A DNA stretch of 63,914 nucleotides, filler included, from Candidatus Hydrogenedentota bacterium (GTDB taxonomy: Bacteria > JBFMHD01): the NCBI GenBank assembly GCA_040752395.1. It is 17 parts of 17 records of this genome, joined end to end, with 100 filler letters (N's around TTAATTAATTAA, not from the genome) between each part and the next. Parts side by side here need not be neighbours in the genome. Positions count along the whole stretch, not along the records: positions 24,088 to 41,573 come from JBFMHD010000029.1; 16 more parts are not named here. The stretch is one strand, 5' to 3'. Shown piece after piece: positions 31,365-41,487 of the stretch. The position numbers and the translations under genes were made by a program. Positions within the stretch are counted from its first letter, which is position 1. Each line of letters opens with the position of its first letter. The notes under the pieces are model-generated. The model saw only the letters and a list, made by a program, of their open reading frames with translations, did no database searches and had not been told where the DNA came from.

Positions 31365-31974
31365 ATATCGGAATTATTTCTTTGATACGATTGATAGTAT
31401 ATTCAAGTGCTTGAAAGGATTCGGCACGATGCGGGGATTGAATAATGATTCGTAACGCAACCTCAGATACTTTTATTTTACCTGCTCTGTGAATAATCTG
31501 AAGTGTTTTGATCCCAGGATATTTATCTTTTACTTCGCTTAATAATTCTTCAAACTTTTTTTGGGCCATCTCAGTATAGATGTCATAATATAACGTATCT
31601 ATTTTCTTATTATCTTCAATATCCCGAACACTACCATCAAAAATAAAAGTTGCACCACAATCAGCTGGATATTCAATATCGAATTTCCGTATAGGTTTAT
31701 CGGTTATTTGATAAAAGAAATCAGAGTTGCCACCACTTAAAGGAGGCATAATCCCTACTTCAGCATTTTCAGGGATAATGTAATCTTTATCCGATACATA
31801 TTCCTGGTTTACTGAAAATAAGATTGGCGTATTATGATTAAATATTTGGCCAAAGTTGTTATATAAAAATGATTCGATATCACAAAGCCGGGCACCATCT
31901 TTTAAATCAATAACAAGATTTTCAAGATTAGTTTTGATTTTATAAATCCCAAAAAATAATAATTTTACCTTCAT
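31342..31974 (-). CDS. MoaD-MoaE fusion molybdopterin synthase
   Basis: Ubiquitin-like domain ending PPLSGG, then CGATFIFDGSVR, HRAG, SPHR. Confidence 0.88.
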   Translation of the reverse strand: MKVKLLFFGIYKIKTNLENLVIDLKDGARLCDIESFLYNNFGQIFNHNTPILFSVNQEYVSDKDYIIPENAEVGIMPPLSGGNSDFFYQITDKPIRKFDIEYPADCGATFIFDGSVRDIEDNKKIDTLYYDIYTEMAQKKFEELLSEVKDKYPGIKTLQIIHRAGKIKVSEVALRIIIQSPHRAESFQALEYTINRIKEIIPIFKVNYIS

Positions 31975-32027
31975 ACTTGTAATAAATTATCGAGATTTCT
32001 TTAATATGTCAAAATAAAGTTTGACAT

Positions 32028-32048
32028 ATATGTATATATTATACATAT
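32028..32048. promoter_or_regulatory. Palindromic operator upstream of vapBC
   Basis: ATATGTATA-tat-TATACATAT immediately after TTGACA. Confidence 0.5.
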
Positions 32049-32084
32049 TAATACATATATTTTATACATAAAAGGAGCGGTACC

Positions 32085-32282
32085 ATGAGAACAACGCTTA
32101 ATATTGATGACACTCTTATTGAAAAAGCAGCTAATTTATCAGGTATCCACGAAAAGACTAAACTAATTAAGTTGGGGTTAGAAGCATTGATCTCACGCGA
32201 AAGCAGTAAACGGTTGGCTAAATTAGGAGGAACCGAAAGAAAATTGAAGCCAATACCAAGGCGTAAGATGGGAACTATTTGA
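32085..32282 (+). CDS. vapB: VapB-type antitoxin
   Basis: MRTTLNIDD RHH start; directly upstream of a PIN toxin. Confidence 0.88.
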   Translation: MRTTLNIDDTLIEKAANLSGIHEKTKLIKLGLEALISRESSKRLAKLGGTERKLKPIPRRKMGTI

Positions 32283-32284
32283 TT

Positions 32285-32641
32285 ATGATATTGGTGGATA
32301 CATCAGTATGGGTTGACCATCTACGAAATAAGAATAATGAACTTGAGCAGCTATTGAATAACGGTAATGTCGTATGTCATCAGTTTATAATTGGAGAAAT
32401 TGCCTGCGGTAATATTAAAAACCGTTCTTTAATAATTTCATTGCTCTTGGAACTCCCACAAATTGTATGTATTAATTTTGATGAAATTTTGATCTTTATA
32501 GAAAAGAATGACTTAATAGGTAAAGGGCTTGGATTTATTGATGTACATCTTCTTGGTTCTGCTGTTTTACATAATGTGCGCTTGTGGACTCTGGATAATA
32601 CGTTAAGCTATCATGCTGATAGATTAGGGATAGGTTATTAG
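32285..32641 (+). CDS. vapC: VapC/PIN-domain toxin
   Basis: MILVDTSVW, E, D and TLD PIN acidic residues. Confidence 0.9.
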   Translation: MILVDTSVWVDHLRNKNNELEQLLNNGNVVCHQFIIGEIACGNIKNRSLIISLLLELPQIVCINFDEILIFIEKNDLIGKGLGFIDVHLLGSAVLHNVRLWTLDNTLSYHADRLGIGY

Positions 32642-32674
32642 CACGGATAAGGTCTTACTCTAAAATTAATTGAA

Positions 32675-33517
32675 ATGGATAAAATAATTGATCTGCATAT
32701 TCATTCAAATGCTTCTGACGGCAGTTTTACTCCATCGGAAATAATTAATTTAGCCTGTGAAATAAAGATATCTGCTATCTCAATTACTGACCACGATACT
32801 ATAAACGGACAGAAAGAAGCATTGAGCTGCAAGACCTCTATAGAGGTTATACCTGGTGTTGAGGTAAGCACAGATTACTCGAGGATGTTACATATACTTG
32901 GTTATTGTTTTGATATACATAATCAGGAGCTCAATAATAAACTTGAATATTTCAGAAATGGGAGAAAGATAAGAAACGAGCTGATAATAAAAAAACTGAA
33001 TGAACTCGGGATGAAGATTAAATTAGATGAGGTGCTTGAGAATGCGGCTGATGGTGTACCAGGAAGACCTCATATCGCACAGGTGTTATTAACTAACGGA
33101 TATGTGAAAACAATACAGCAAGCATTTGATAAATATCTTAAAAAAGGGGCTGTTGCGTATTTTAATAGAGCTAAACTTTTACCAGATGAGACAATAAGAT
33201 TAATTAAACAGGCTGGTGGTATACCTGTTATGGCTCATCCCATACAGACAGGATTAGCTGGAGATAGGCTTGTTAAATTGGTTAAGAACCTAAAAGATTG
33301 CGGGCTTGCAGGGATTGAGGTCTGGTATTCTGCTCATTCTGATGAACAAACTAAATTTTATCAATTCATAGCAAAAAAATTCAGACTGATACAGACAGGT
33401 GGAACTGATTTTCATGGTAAAAATAAACCGGATATAAAATTAGGCAAAGGGTTTGGTAATCTTAAGATACCTTATAGTTGCGTAAAAAGTCTTAAAAAGT
33501 CAAATTTAAAGTTCTGA
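32675..33517 (+). CDS. PHP-domain metal-dependent phosphoesterase
   Basis: DLHIHS..SDG, ITDHD, HILGY, AHP, GGTDFH. Confidence 0.92.
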   Translation: MDKIIDLHIHSNASDGSFTPSEIINLACEIKISAISITDHDTINGQKEALSCKTSIEVIPGVEVSTDYSRMLHILGYCFDIHNQELNNKLEYFRNGRKIRNELIIKKLNELGMKIKLDEVLENAADGVPGRPHIAQVLLTNGYVKTIQQAFDKYLKKGAVAYFNRAKLLPDETIRLIKQAGGIPVMAHPIQTGLAGDRLVKLVKNLKDCGLAGIEVWYSAHSDEQTKFYQFIAKKFRLIQTGGTDFHGKNKPDIKLGKGFGNLKIPYSCVKSLKKSNLKF

Positions 33518-33611
33518 CCCCAATTCGACCCTAATTCCGGTGATTTTTTGGGGAGCCAGAACCGTCCACGTTTTCCTCCGTTTTCGTTTTTCGTTTTCCG
33601 TAGAATTATTT

Positions 33612-35381
33612 TTAAGGAAGCTGGGAGCAATACACGGACCACATAACCTGTTGCAAACGGTAGGTACCAAAATTAGGGATATTCAGTAGTTCATATTTGT
33701 CTTTGAAACCATTATTGGTTTTTCTATATTCAATTATTTTAGACGCAAAAACAGGACCTATTTCAGGGAGTAACTCTAATTCTTTTTGTGAGGCTTTATT
33801 TAAATCCATTTTGTATTTAACCTTTGGCTGCGGGTAGTAGATATTTGTAAAAAGTTTTTTAAGCTGGTCTGCTATCTCATAAGATTCAAAATACACATCA
33901 ATCTCGTAATTTTCATTAAATGCACTTGTAGTCCAGTTATGACTGCCTAAAAATATTTTATAGTTATCAACTATAACAAGTTTTGTATGAGTCATTATCG
34001 GTGATTCATCAAACCGCACTTTTATCCCGGCTTCTCTGAGATATTGATACGCTACTAAATTTTTTTCAAACATAGTCTCATCAAGTATAACCTCAATATC
34101 TATGCCTCTGTTTTTAGCATTCACAAGTTCCTGGAGGATTCTGCGCACAGGGTGTTCTTTTGAAGCACTCGTAGCCATGTAAAACATTATTACTTTAATA
34201 GAAAATTTTGCGTTTACTATACTTTCTTTTAAGTCCCAGAAATATTCTCCATCAGGTAAAATCCTGAGATTCGCTACTTTTATAAATCCTGGTAAATATC
34301 TTTCCGGCAGTTTAGTAATGGATACCGAAGAGCTAAAATATTCTTTGAAATGAAGAAAGATTTTTTGGTCCCACCCAAGAGACTTCGCCACGATAGATAC
34401 CTCATTATTTTTTATTAAAGCAGATTTTGAGAGATTGTGATTACCTATAAAAACGGTATAACCATCGATGATGACTACTTTATCATGCAGCTCTCTCTCC
34501 TGTATGTCCCATAATGTTTGTATATTATAGTTTTTTAAAAATTGTTGGGTTTTAGAATTACTTTTCAGTAATACATCATCTGGATTTTTTGGATTTTCAA
34601 GTAGAACCCTAACACACACCCCCCTTTTTTTAGCTGCTACTAATTCTTTTAATATTGTATTTACCGGGTTATCAAGCTCCTTACCCATAGTAATTGTATA
34701 CATTGAAATATCTATGCTCTTTTTTGCTTTTCTTATCTCGTCTGTTAATTCTTCGAGATATTCAGTATTTATAAGGGGTTTTACATAGAAGCCATAAGGA
34801 TATTCAAAATTGAGTTTGGGATACGTATTTATACGGATATATCTATCGATCTCTTCGAGTAATCTCTGCCAGAAGAAAATATACGTTATATAGATGAGCA
34901 AGAGACTGATAAGAAGTGAATAAAATCTGATTCTTTTTTCCGGATGGAATAATGTTATAAACAAAAATACAACGATTATAAATCCGAAGAGATAAAATAG
35001 AGGTATCTGAGAAAAAAGAAATTTTGAGAAATCTATAAGTTTGTACAGCCTATATTTTAATCTATAAGATTCGGTAACCTTAATTTTTTTTTGTTTAAGT
35101 TCTTTTATTATTTCTTTTTTAATGCTTTTGATGTATTCCTCAAGTTCGGGTTCTGCTAAATTCTTCTGTTTTTCAATTTTTTTTATTGAGTTTTCCAGTA
35201 CTTTTTTATCTTCTTTGGTTACAAGTAGATTGTTTATTTCAGAGAAAAAGACCTCGTCTTCAAATAACATCTCATAGATGCGGATTGAAGCGGTATCAAT
35301 TTCCGATCCCATTAAAATAAAAGAATTGTATCTGGCAAAAAATATTAGAATAAATACTAAGAATTTTATTATAGAAGGCAT
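33612..35381 (-). CDS. Membrane protein with two PLD (HKD) domains and a C-terminal ComEA-like HhH
   Basis: HDKVVIID, HTKLVIVD, LNKASQKELELLPEIG. Confidence 0.85.
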   Translation of the reverse strand: MPSIIKFLVFILIFFARYNSFILMGSEIDTASIRIYEMLFEDEVFFSEINNLLVTKEDKKVLENSIKKIEKQKNLAEPELEEYIKSIKKEIIKELKQKKIKVTESYRLKYRLYKLIDFSKFLFSQIPLFYLFGFIIVVFLFITLFHPEKRIRFYSLLISLLLIYITYIFFWQRLLEEIDRYIRINTYPKLNFEYPYGFYVKPLINTEYLEELTDEIRKAKKSIDISMYTITMGKELDNPVNTILKELVAAKKRGVCVRVLLENPKNPDDVLLKSNSKTQQFLKNYNIQTLWDIQERELHDKVVIIDGYTVFIGNHNLSKSALIKNNEVSIVAKSLGWDQKIFLHFKEYFSSSVSITKLPERYLPGFIKVANLRILPDGEYFWDLKESIVNAKFSIKVIMFYMATSASKEHPVRRILQELVNAKNRGIDIEVILDETMFEKNLVAYQYLREAGIKVRFDESPIMTHTKLVIVDNYKIFLGSHNWTTSAFNENYEIDVYFESYEIADQLKKLFTNIYYPQPKVKYKMDLNKASQKELELLPEIGPVFASKIIEYRKTNNGFKDKYELLNIPNFGTYRLQQVMWSVYCSQLP

Positions 35382-36844
35382 TAAGAGAGATTCTGAAACT
35401 CTTTATTATATTCTTGTGATATCTGATTATCTTTTATAATCAAACCATTCTCATCGTTTTTAGTTTCAGCGGAATAAGTCCAGTTATACGAACCTGTGAT
35501 AGTGGTTTCGCCATCTATTACCATAAATTTGTGATGTAAAAGACCGTTATTGGTATCTTTTGTAACATCTATTCCTTGTTTTTTCATTTCATAGTATGCG
35601 CTGTTCGGGTTATCAGTCTGCCAGGCATCAAAAACACCGTTAATTTTCACGCCTCGTTCATGGGCTCGAATAAGAGCATCTTTGATTTTATCATCAGTAA
35701 AAGTGAATACAGCGAAATTTATCTCGGTTTTAGCATTATCAATCAATTCAACAATTTTATTTCGATAATGATCAGTGGGTGAGAAATAGACTTCGACCCC
35801 AACCTCACGTGTCGGCGTAGCCTCGCATACGATATAATCTTTGATTTTATTGTAAGTCTTCTCGCCGATACCAGAGACTTTCTTTATATCAGAAGGTGTG
35901 GTAAAATCGCCGTTTTGTTTACGATAATCTATAATCCTTTGAGCAAGTGATTTATCTATACCAGGTAACAACATAAGAGTTTCAATGTTATCAGAATTGA
36001 TTGAGACTTTATTAGGGTCACCTACTGTAATAGTGAAACTATTATTAGTCGATTGGTCTTTAGATTTACCAAACTTCTGCTCTTCAAACATCTCAACAAA
36101 TTCCTGATGATATGCCTCTGCAACTTCTTTGGAGTTAAGAAAGACCATATTATTGTTATTATCGTATAAATCACTATTAGAGAAATTAGTAGAACCTGTT
36201 ATTACTTTCTCTTTATCAATAACAAAAAATTTATTATGAACAAGACCATCTCCATTATCAGTTACTATTTTTATACCTTGTGATTCTAATGCTTTATAAT
36301 ATTTCTGGTATTCAGGTTTATCATAATAGTCTTTTTCTACCACTATCCTGACGTTTTCTGGTCCGAGTCTATCAGCTGCGGCAATCAGGGCATCAACTAC
36401 ATCCTGATTACCTATTATATAAGCTACTACCTCTACAGAGGATTTAGCTTGATTTATATTCTGAATTAGTTTAGATGTGGGGGTTGCATCATTTTTTATA
36501 GGGTCAGTAAAAATAATATCGAGATTATTAGCCTCGCTTAAAGAAGAGACAACTTCTACTTTTAGATTACCAATAAGGGTATGTGACTTACCCTGGTTAT
36601 CAGTAAAACTTGTCTTCTTTTCTATTAAGACATCGCCGATATTGGTAAACTTTTTCTTGAAACTCTCTTCTTTAATTATATTTTCATCTTTATCATATAC
36701 TTTTAATTCATATTTTTCTGTTGAATTAACCTCAACACTTTGATCACCTGTTATTACTGCATAATATCCTGATTCTTCGTATAAAGCTGTAAGCCCTCCA
36801 GGGAATAATATAAAAAAGACAAGCAAAGACCCTATTATCTTCAT
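35381..36844 (-). CDS. Secreted protein with two PLD domains and an internal ComEA-like HhH
   Basis: Signal peptide, HNKFFVID, LPGIDKSLAQRII...VSGIGEK, HHKFMVID. Confidence 0.85.
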   Translation of the reverse strand: MKIIGSLLVFFILFPGGLTALYEESGYYAVITGDQSVEVNSTEKYELKVYDKDENIIKEESFKKKFTNIGDVLIEKKTSFTDNQGKSHTLIGNLKVEVVSSLSEANNLDIIFTDPIKNDATPTSKLIQNINQAKSSVEVVAYIIGNQDVVDALIAAADRLGPENVRIVVEKDYYDKPEYQKYYKALESQGIKIVTDNGDGLVHNKFFVIDKEKVITGSTNFSNSDLYDNNNNMVFLNSKEVAEAYHQEFVEMFEEQKFGKSKDQSTNNSFTITVGDPNKVSINSDNIETLMLLPGIDKSLAQRIIDYRKQNGDFTTPSDIKKVSGIGEKTYNKIKDYIVCEATPTREVGVEVYFSPTDHYRNKIVELIDNAKTEINFAVFTFTDDKIKDALIRAHERGVKINGVFDAWQTDNPNSAYYEMKKQGIDVTKDTNNGLLHHKFMVIDGETTITGSYNWTYSAETKNDENGLIIKDNQISQEYNKEFQNLS

Positions 36845-36958
36845 ATTGTTATTATATCTAAGATTAGAAATAAAGTCAAGTCTTATTTTAGAAATTTTTG
36901 TGATTCAGACAGTAGGGGGCACTTGCCCGAGAAATTCTTGTAAAAAATATTCCATTAT

Positions 36959-37110
36959 CCCGACTTGTCCAAACCGATTTTCTCCAAAATATAATTATTG
37001 TAATATCAAGGGATTATAAACAATTATATACAAATCTGCTGCACTAATGTAAAATAGAGGCATGTTTTATGTTCGCACCGTCAAGACAGCTTCAAGAGGT
37101 CTCTTTTAAA
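36959..37110 (+). mobile_element. IS1634-like remnant (left end plus first codons)
   Basis: CCCGACTTGTCC end-like motif and MFYVRTVKTAS from ATG 37062, then an early stop. Confidence 0.4.
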
Positions 37111-37302
37111 ACCTCATTTTTTAAAGACAGGTCTAAAGTCTAAAGAACGGGTCTTGTGACCCTCTTTACATTATATTGATTATATTGAAATTACAAAAAA
37201 TGAAAATCGAATTCTCGGTGCAAATCCAACAACCCCGGCACGCAATCAACCATTACCTGAAGAACCGGTATATTCGTACATACCTTGTGATGATGAACTG
37301 CA

Positions 37303-37430
37303 TTTCTAATTGTTTTTATAAACTTTTTGAGTTCAAGGCTGCCTTGAACTCTTTTTTAATTTCATCTTGACCTTTTCCGCTGTTTTCTCTATTCTTCGCT
37401 TAACTATGTCAAATCAAATTTCCTATGAAT
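37303..37430. repeat. 128-bp direct repeat, copy A, containing a terminator-like hairpin
   Basis: Identical to 40300-40427; contains GAGTTCAAGG-ctg-CCTTGAACTC-TTTTTT. Confidence 0.92.
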
Positions 37431-37466
37431 TGATCCATCTTATCGTAAACTTTTGGAATTTTTACT

Positions 37467-37673
37467 ATGGTAAGATATGAAAAAAGTATTTTAAGTTTTC
37501 ATCAAAAAAAAATTTAGATTCAATATGTACAGAAAAATTTTTTACTCAGAAATTTTATTTAACTGGTGGAACTGCCTTATCTGAATTTTATTTAAAGCAC
37601 CGTATTTCTGAAGATTTAGATTTTTTTTGTGAAAATGAGGAAGTAAATGCTATATATAACACGATTCTTTAAA
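37467..37673 (+). pseudogene. AbiEii/AbiGii-like nucleotidyltransferase toxin fragment
   Basis: FYLTGGTALSEFYLKHRISEDLDFF signature; 5' frameshifted and stops early. Confidence 0.75.
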
Positions 37674-37714
37674 TTAAAATCAAAATTTTTAGAATTGGAG
37701 AAATTAGAAGAATA

Positions 37715-38701
37715 ATGAAAACGAAGATATTAGTAACAGGAGGAGCAGGATTTATCGGTTCTAATTTAGTAGAAAAATTAACAGAAGATAAAAATAATCT
37801 TGTAATAGTATTAGATAATTTTTCATCTGGGAAAATGGAGAATTTATTATCTGTAAAAGAAAAAATTAAAATTATAAAAGGAGATATTACAGATAAAAAT
37901 TTAGTAGATAAGATAACTAAAAGAGTAGATGTAGTATATCATTTAGCAGTAGTATGTCTTAGAGTTTCACTTAAAAACCCACAGATTACACACAAGGTTA
38001 ATGCGACAGGAACATTAAATTTACTTGAAGCATCTTTAAAAAATAAAGTAAAAAAATTCATTTATATCTCATCTTCTGAAGTTTATGGAACTTTGATTAA
38101 AGTTCCTATGGATGAGCAACACCCTACAAATCCTACTACGGTTTATGGTGCAAGTAAATTAGTAGGCGAGCTTTATACAAAAACATTCTACCTAACTTAT
38201 GGATTTCCTTGTGTAATAATAAGACCTTTTAATACATATGGTCCGAGGGAACATTTTGAAGGGGTTTATGGTGAGGTAATCCCAAAGTTTTTGATTAGGT
38301 TATTGAATAATAAACCACCTGTAATATTTGGAGATGGGACACAGACAAGAGACTTTACTTATGTAGAAGATACTGTAAAAGGGATAATTTTAGCAGGTAA
38401 TTGTATAAAAGCTATTGGCAAAACTATAAATATTGCCAAAGGTGAAGAGGTTTCAATTAATAAAATTGCTCAATATTTAATAGAGCTAACAGGCAAATTT
38501 TCTATAAAACCTGAGTATGGTAAATCTCGTCCAGCAGATGTAAAAAGGCATTTTGCTTCAATTAAATTAGCAAAAGAATTGTTAGGCTACCAACCTAAAA
38601 TAGATATAAAAACTGGTCTGAAAAAATATATTGATTGGTTTTTATCTCAAGGATACGATTTCAAAAGACTAATAAAAAAAGAAAAAAAATATAACTGGTA
38701 A
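37715..38701 (+). CDS. NAD-dependent sugar epimerase/dehydratase
   Basis: TGGAGFIG, SSSEVYG, YGASK, GDGTQTRDF. Confidence 0.93.
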   Translation: MKTKILVTGGAGFIGSNLVEKLTEDKNNLVIVLDNFSSGKMENLLSVKEKIKIIKGDITDKNLVDKITKRVDVVYHLAVVCLRVSLKNPQITHKVNATGTLNLLEASLKNKVKKFIYISSSEVYGTLIKVPMDEQHPTNPTTVYGASKLVGELYTKTFYLTYGFPCVIIRPFNTYGPREHFEGVYGEVIPKFLIRLLNNKPPVIFGDGTQTRDFTYVEDTVKGIILAGNCIKAIGKTINIAKGEEVSINKIAQYLIELTGKFSIKPEYGKSRPADVKRHFASIKLAKELLGYQPKIDIKTGLKKYIDWFLSQGYDFKRLIKKEKKYNW

Positions 38702-38765
38702 ACCCAGTTAGAAGTAAATCGCTGAAACCGACTGCCACACTTTTGGTGTAGACTTCTAACGGGGT
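38702..38765. mobile_element. Miniature inverted-repeat element (CCCGTTAGA...TCTAACGGG type)
   Basis: ACCCAGTTAGAAGT / ACTTCTAACGGGGT 14-bp IR with 1 mismatch. Confidence 0.6.
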
Positions 38766-38777
38766 AAAAAGATTTAT

Positions 38778-39779
38778 ATGAAAAACCAAATACCTGTAAC
38801 AAAACCTTATTTGGGTGAAGAAGAAATTTCTCTTCTTAGAAAAATTATAAAATCTGGGTGGGTTACACAAGGACCTTATGTAGAAAAATTTGAACAAAAA
38901 ATTTGTGAATATACAGGTGCAAAATATGCAGTTGCTTTAAATTCTTGCACTGCAGGTTTACACATAGCATTAAAAATTTTAGGGATAGGTCCCGGCGACG
39001 AAGTAATTGTGCCATCTTTCTCATTTATTGCGACAGCAAATTCAGTAATTCACTCAGAAGCAATTCCGGTTTTTGCCGATATAGATGAAAATACTTATAA
39101 TATTGATCCAAAAGATATAGAGAAGAAAATTACAAAAAAAACAAAAGCAATAATTCCAGTGCATCAAATAGGTTTACCATGTCAAATGGATGAAATAAAA
39201 AAAATCGCTAAAAAATATAAATTAGAAATAGTAGAAGATGCGGCTTGTGCCTTAGGTTCAGAATATAAAGGTAAAAAAATAGGAAATATTTCAGAAATTA
39301 CGGTATTTTCTTTTCATCCAAGAAAACTCATAACGACCGGGGAAGGTGGAGTGATTACAACAAACAATCATAGGATTGCTGAAAAAGCAAGGATGTATAG
39401 ATTTCATGGTCAATCAATTTCCGCATTCTAAAGACATAAATCAAAAAAGATAATTTTTGAGAATTACCCTATAGTAGGATATAATTATAAAATGACAGAT
39501 ATTCAAGCTTCTATAGGATTAAAACAGATGGAAAAATTAGATTTTATTTTAAAGAGGAGGAAAGAACTCGCTTTAAGATACAATGCAGTATTTGGTAAAA
39601 GTGAATTTTTTAAGATTCCTTATGTGCCTTCAAATTGTTCCTATAATTATCAATCATATATTTTAAAATTAACAAACAAAGTAAAAAAATCTCGTGATAG
39701 GATAATGCAAGAACTTTCAAATTTTGCTCCGCAAAACTTCACAAATACCAAAACCGTTAAGCGACATTTTGCCTGGTAA
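38778..39779 (+). pseudogene. DegT/DnrJ sugar aminotransferase, in-frame TAA at 39429-39431 and truncated 3' end
   Basis: EDAACALG, SFHPRKLITTGEGG. The frame continues after the stop (…GYNYKMTD). The tail is replaced by a half attC. Confidence 0.85.
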
Positions 39780-39931
39780 TATAGTACCTTACAAATAAAA
39801 TCTTGACGTTTTCAGCAAAAATATTTTACCACAAAAGCACAGAATTACTGAAACACGGAATGTTTTTCTGTGTTTCCATATTTCAGTTTTTTCTATGGTA
39901 AAATTTATTTTCCGATTTATTCGGGTTAGAA

Positions 39932-40129
39932 TTGAAAGTCAAAAAGATTCACCCCGTTAGATGTTCACTATCTAACGGGAGAAAGGTAAGAAACAACGGA
40001 AGGAAATACTTATTCATACTCGGTGAAAAAGACGGGAAAGAAATAGCCATCGTATGGAGAGGATATGAGGATAACTGGACTGAGGAGGATTTAAGAAAGG
40101 ATAAGGAATTATACTGCTCCCCTGATTAG
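39932..40129 (+). pseudogene. C-terminal fragment resembling a type III R-M methyltransferase
   Basis: GRKYLFILGEKDGKEIAIVWR...WTEEDL; recognised from memory only. Confidence 0.45.
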
Positions 40130-40299
40130 AATGGTCAGGTCAAAATGTGCCGAAAATTTACTAAAAAATGTCTCGACAAACGGGGAGCACTACAAACCTG
40201 AATTAGTATCAGTGGTTGAAGGGGTTGGCTAATGGGCCGAAAAGAGTATTTGTTTAGATTTTGTTATTATTTTTTAACAACTGCTATAGACTTCTTAAT

Positions 40300-40427
40300 T
40301 TTCTAATTGTTTTTATAAACTTTTTGAGTTCAAGGCTGCCTTGAACTCTTTTTTAATTTCATCTTGACCTTTTCCGCTGTTTTCTCTATTCTTCGCTTAA
40401 CTATGTCAAATCAAATTTCCTATGAAT
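40300..40427. repeat. 128-bp direct repeat, copy B
   Basis: Identical to 37303-37430. Confidence 0.92.
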
Positions 40428-40485
40428 AGATTTTGGAAAGAAATGATAACAAAAGGTTACAATTTGGAGTTTCATATAGAGTCGT

Positions 40486-40560
40486 GCATAAACGAAGTAG
40501 TTCGCAAAAAATACCAATTTGGGAGCATAAACGACGTAGCTCGTCTATTTTAAGTTAGCC
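40486..40560 (+). other. attI-like integron site
   Basis: Two 19-bp direct repeats (17/19 identical) followed by the core GTTAGCC at 40554. Confidence 0.5.
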
Positions 40561-40595
40561 GACATGCTAATAATTTATCAGGAAAGGAGGGATTA

Positions 40596-41348
40596 GTGAT
40601 GAATGAAATCACGAAAAGAGTTGTTATTGCATTTGTTCTTGTTTTGTTTTTTTCATTTCCTGCTTGGGCAGGAGATCAACCAGAACTTCGCCTCATCACA
40701 GTTACTGGAGATGCTGAAGTCAGGATTGTTCCAGATGAAGTTATCCTTACCCTTGGCGTGGAAACATGGAACAAAGATCTTGGTGTAGCGAAAAGTCAAA
40801 ATGATGAATGTGTTAAGAAAGTGCAAGCAGTTGCCAAAAAGTATAAGATTGAGCCAAAACATATCCAGACCGACTACATCAGCATTGAGCCAAGATATGA
40901 GGATCATTGGGAACATCGAAAATTTGTTGGTTACTTTGTCCGTGAGACGATCGTCTTTACACTCAGGGATACTTCTAAATTTGAGGATCTTCTTAGTAGT
41001 GCACTTGAGGCCGGTGCAAATTATGTTCATGGGGTACAATTTCGCACTACAGAACTCCGTAAGTATAGGGATCAAGCACGTGCTCTTGCAATCAAGGCAG
41101 CTCAGGAGAAGGCCAACGATTTAGCCAAAGAATTGGGACAAAAAGTTGGTAAGCCTCATACGATTCAAGAAGATCGAGCTGGATGGTGGTCTTGGTATAA
41201 TGCTTGGTGGGGTTCTCGCTGGAGCGTCGGAATGGCTCAAAATGTGATTCAAAACGTTGCCGGAGGACCTTCGGAAACTGAGAGTAGCATTGCTGTTGGA
41301 CAGATTAATATCAACGCAAGGGTCACAGTAAGTTTTGAACTTGAATAG
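40596..41348 (+). CDS. SIMPL/DUF541 periplasmic protein, carried as a gene cassette
   Basis: Signal peptide, ITVTGDAEV...PD, ARALAIKAA..KA..LA, VTVSFEL. Confidence 0.9.
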   Translation: MMNEITKRVVIAFVLVLFFSFPAWAGDQPELRLITVTGDAEVRIVPDEVILTLGVETWNKDLGVAKSQNDECVKKVQAVAKKYKIEPKHIQTDYISIEPRYEDHWEHRKFVGYFVRETIVFTLRDTSKFEDLLSSALEAGANYVHGVQFRTTELRKYRDQARALAIKAAQEKANDLAKELGQKVGKPHTIQEDRAGWWSWYNAWWGSRWSVGMAQNVIQNVAGGPSETESSIAVGQININARVTVSFELE

Positions 41349-41366
41349 TTATATAATCAGCACGTC

Positions 41367-41453
41367 GGCTAACACAGAGTTTGTGGCTCAAGTGCTTTCG
41401 CACTTTCGCCCAAATAACCTTCGGGCACTTCACAAACTCTGAAAACGTTAGGC
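41367..41453 (+). other. Integron attC site
   Basis: R'' GGCTAAC, 11-bp inner IR CAGAGTTTGTG/CACAAACTCTG, R' GTTAGGC. Confidence 0.8.
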
Positions 41454-41487
41454 GAAATTGGGCCTTAAATAAAAAGGAGAATAAGCT

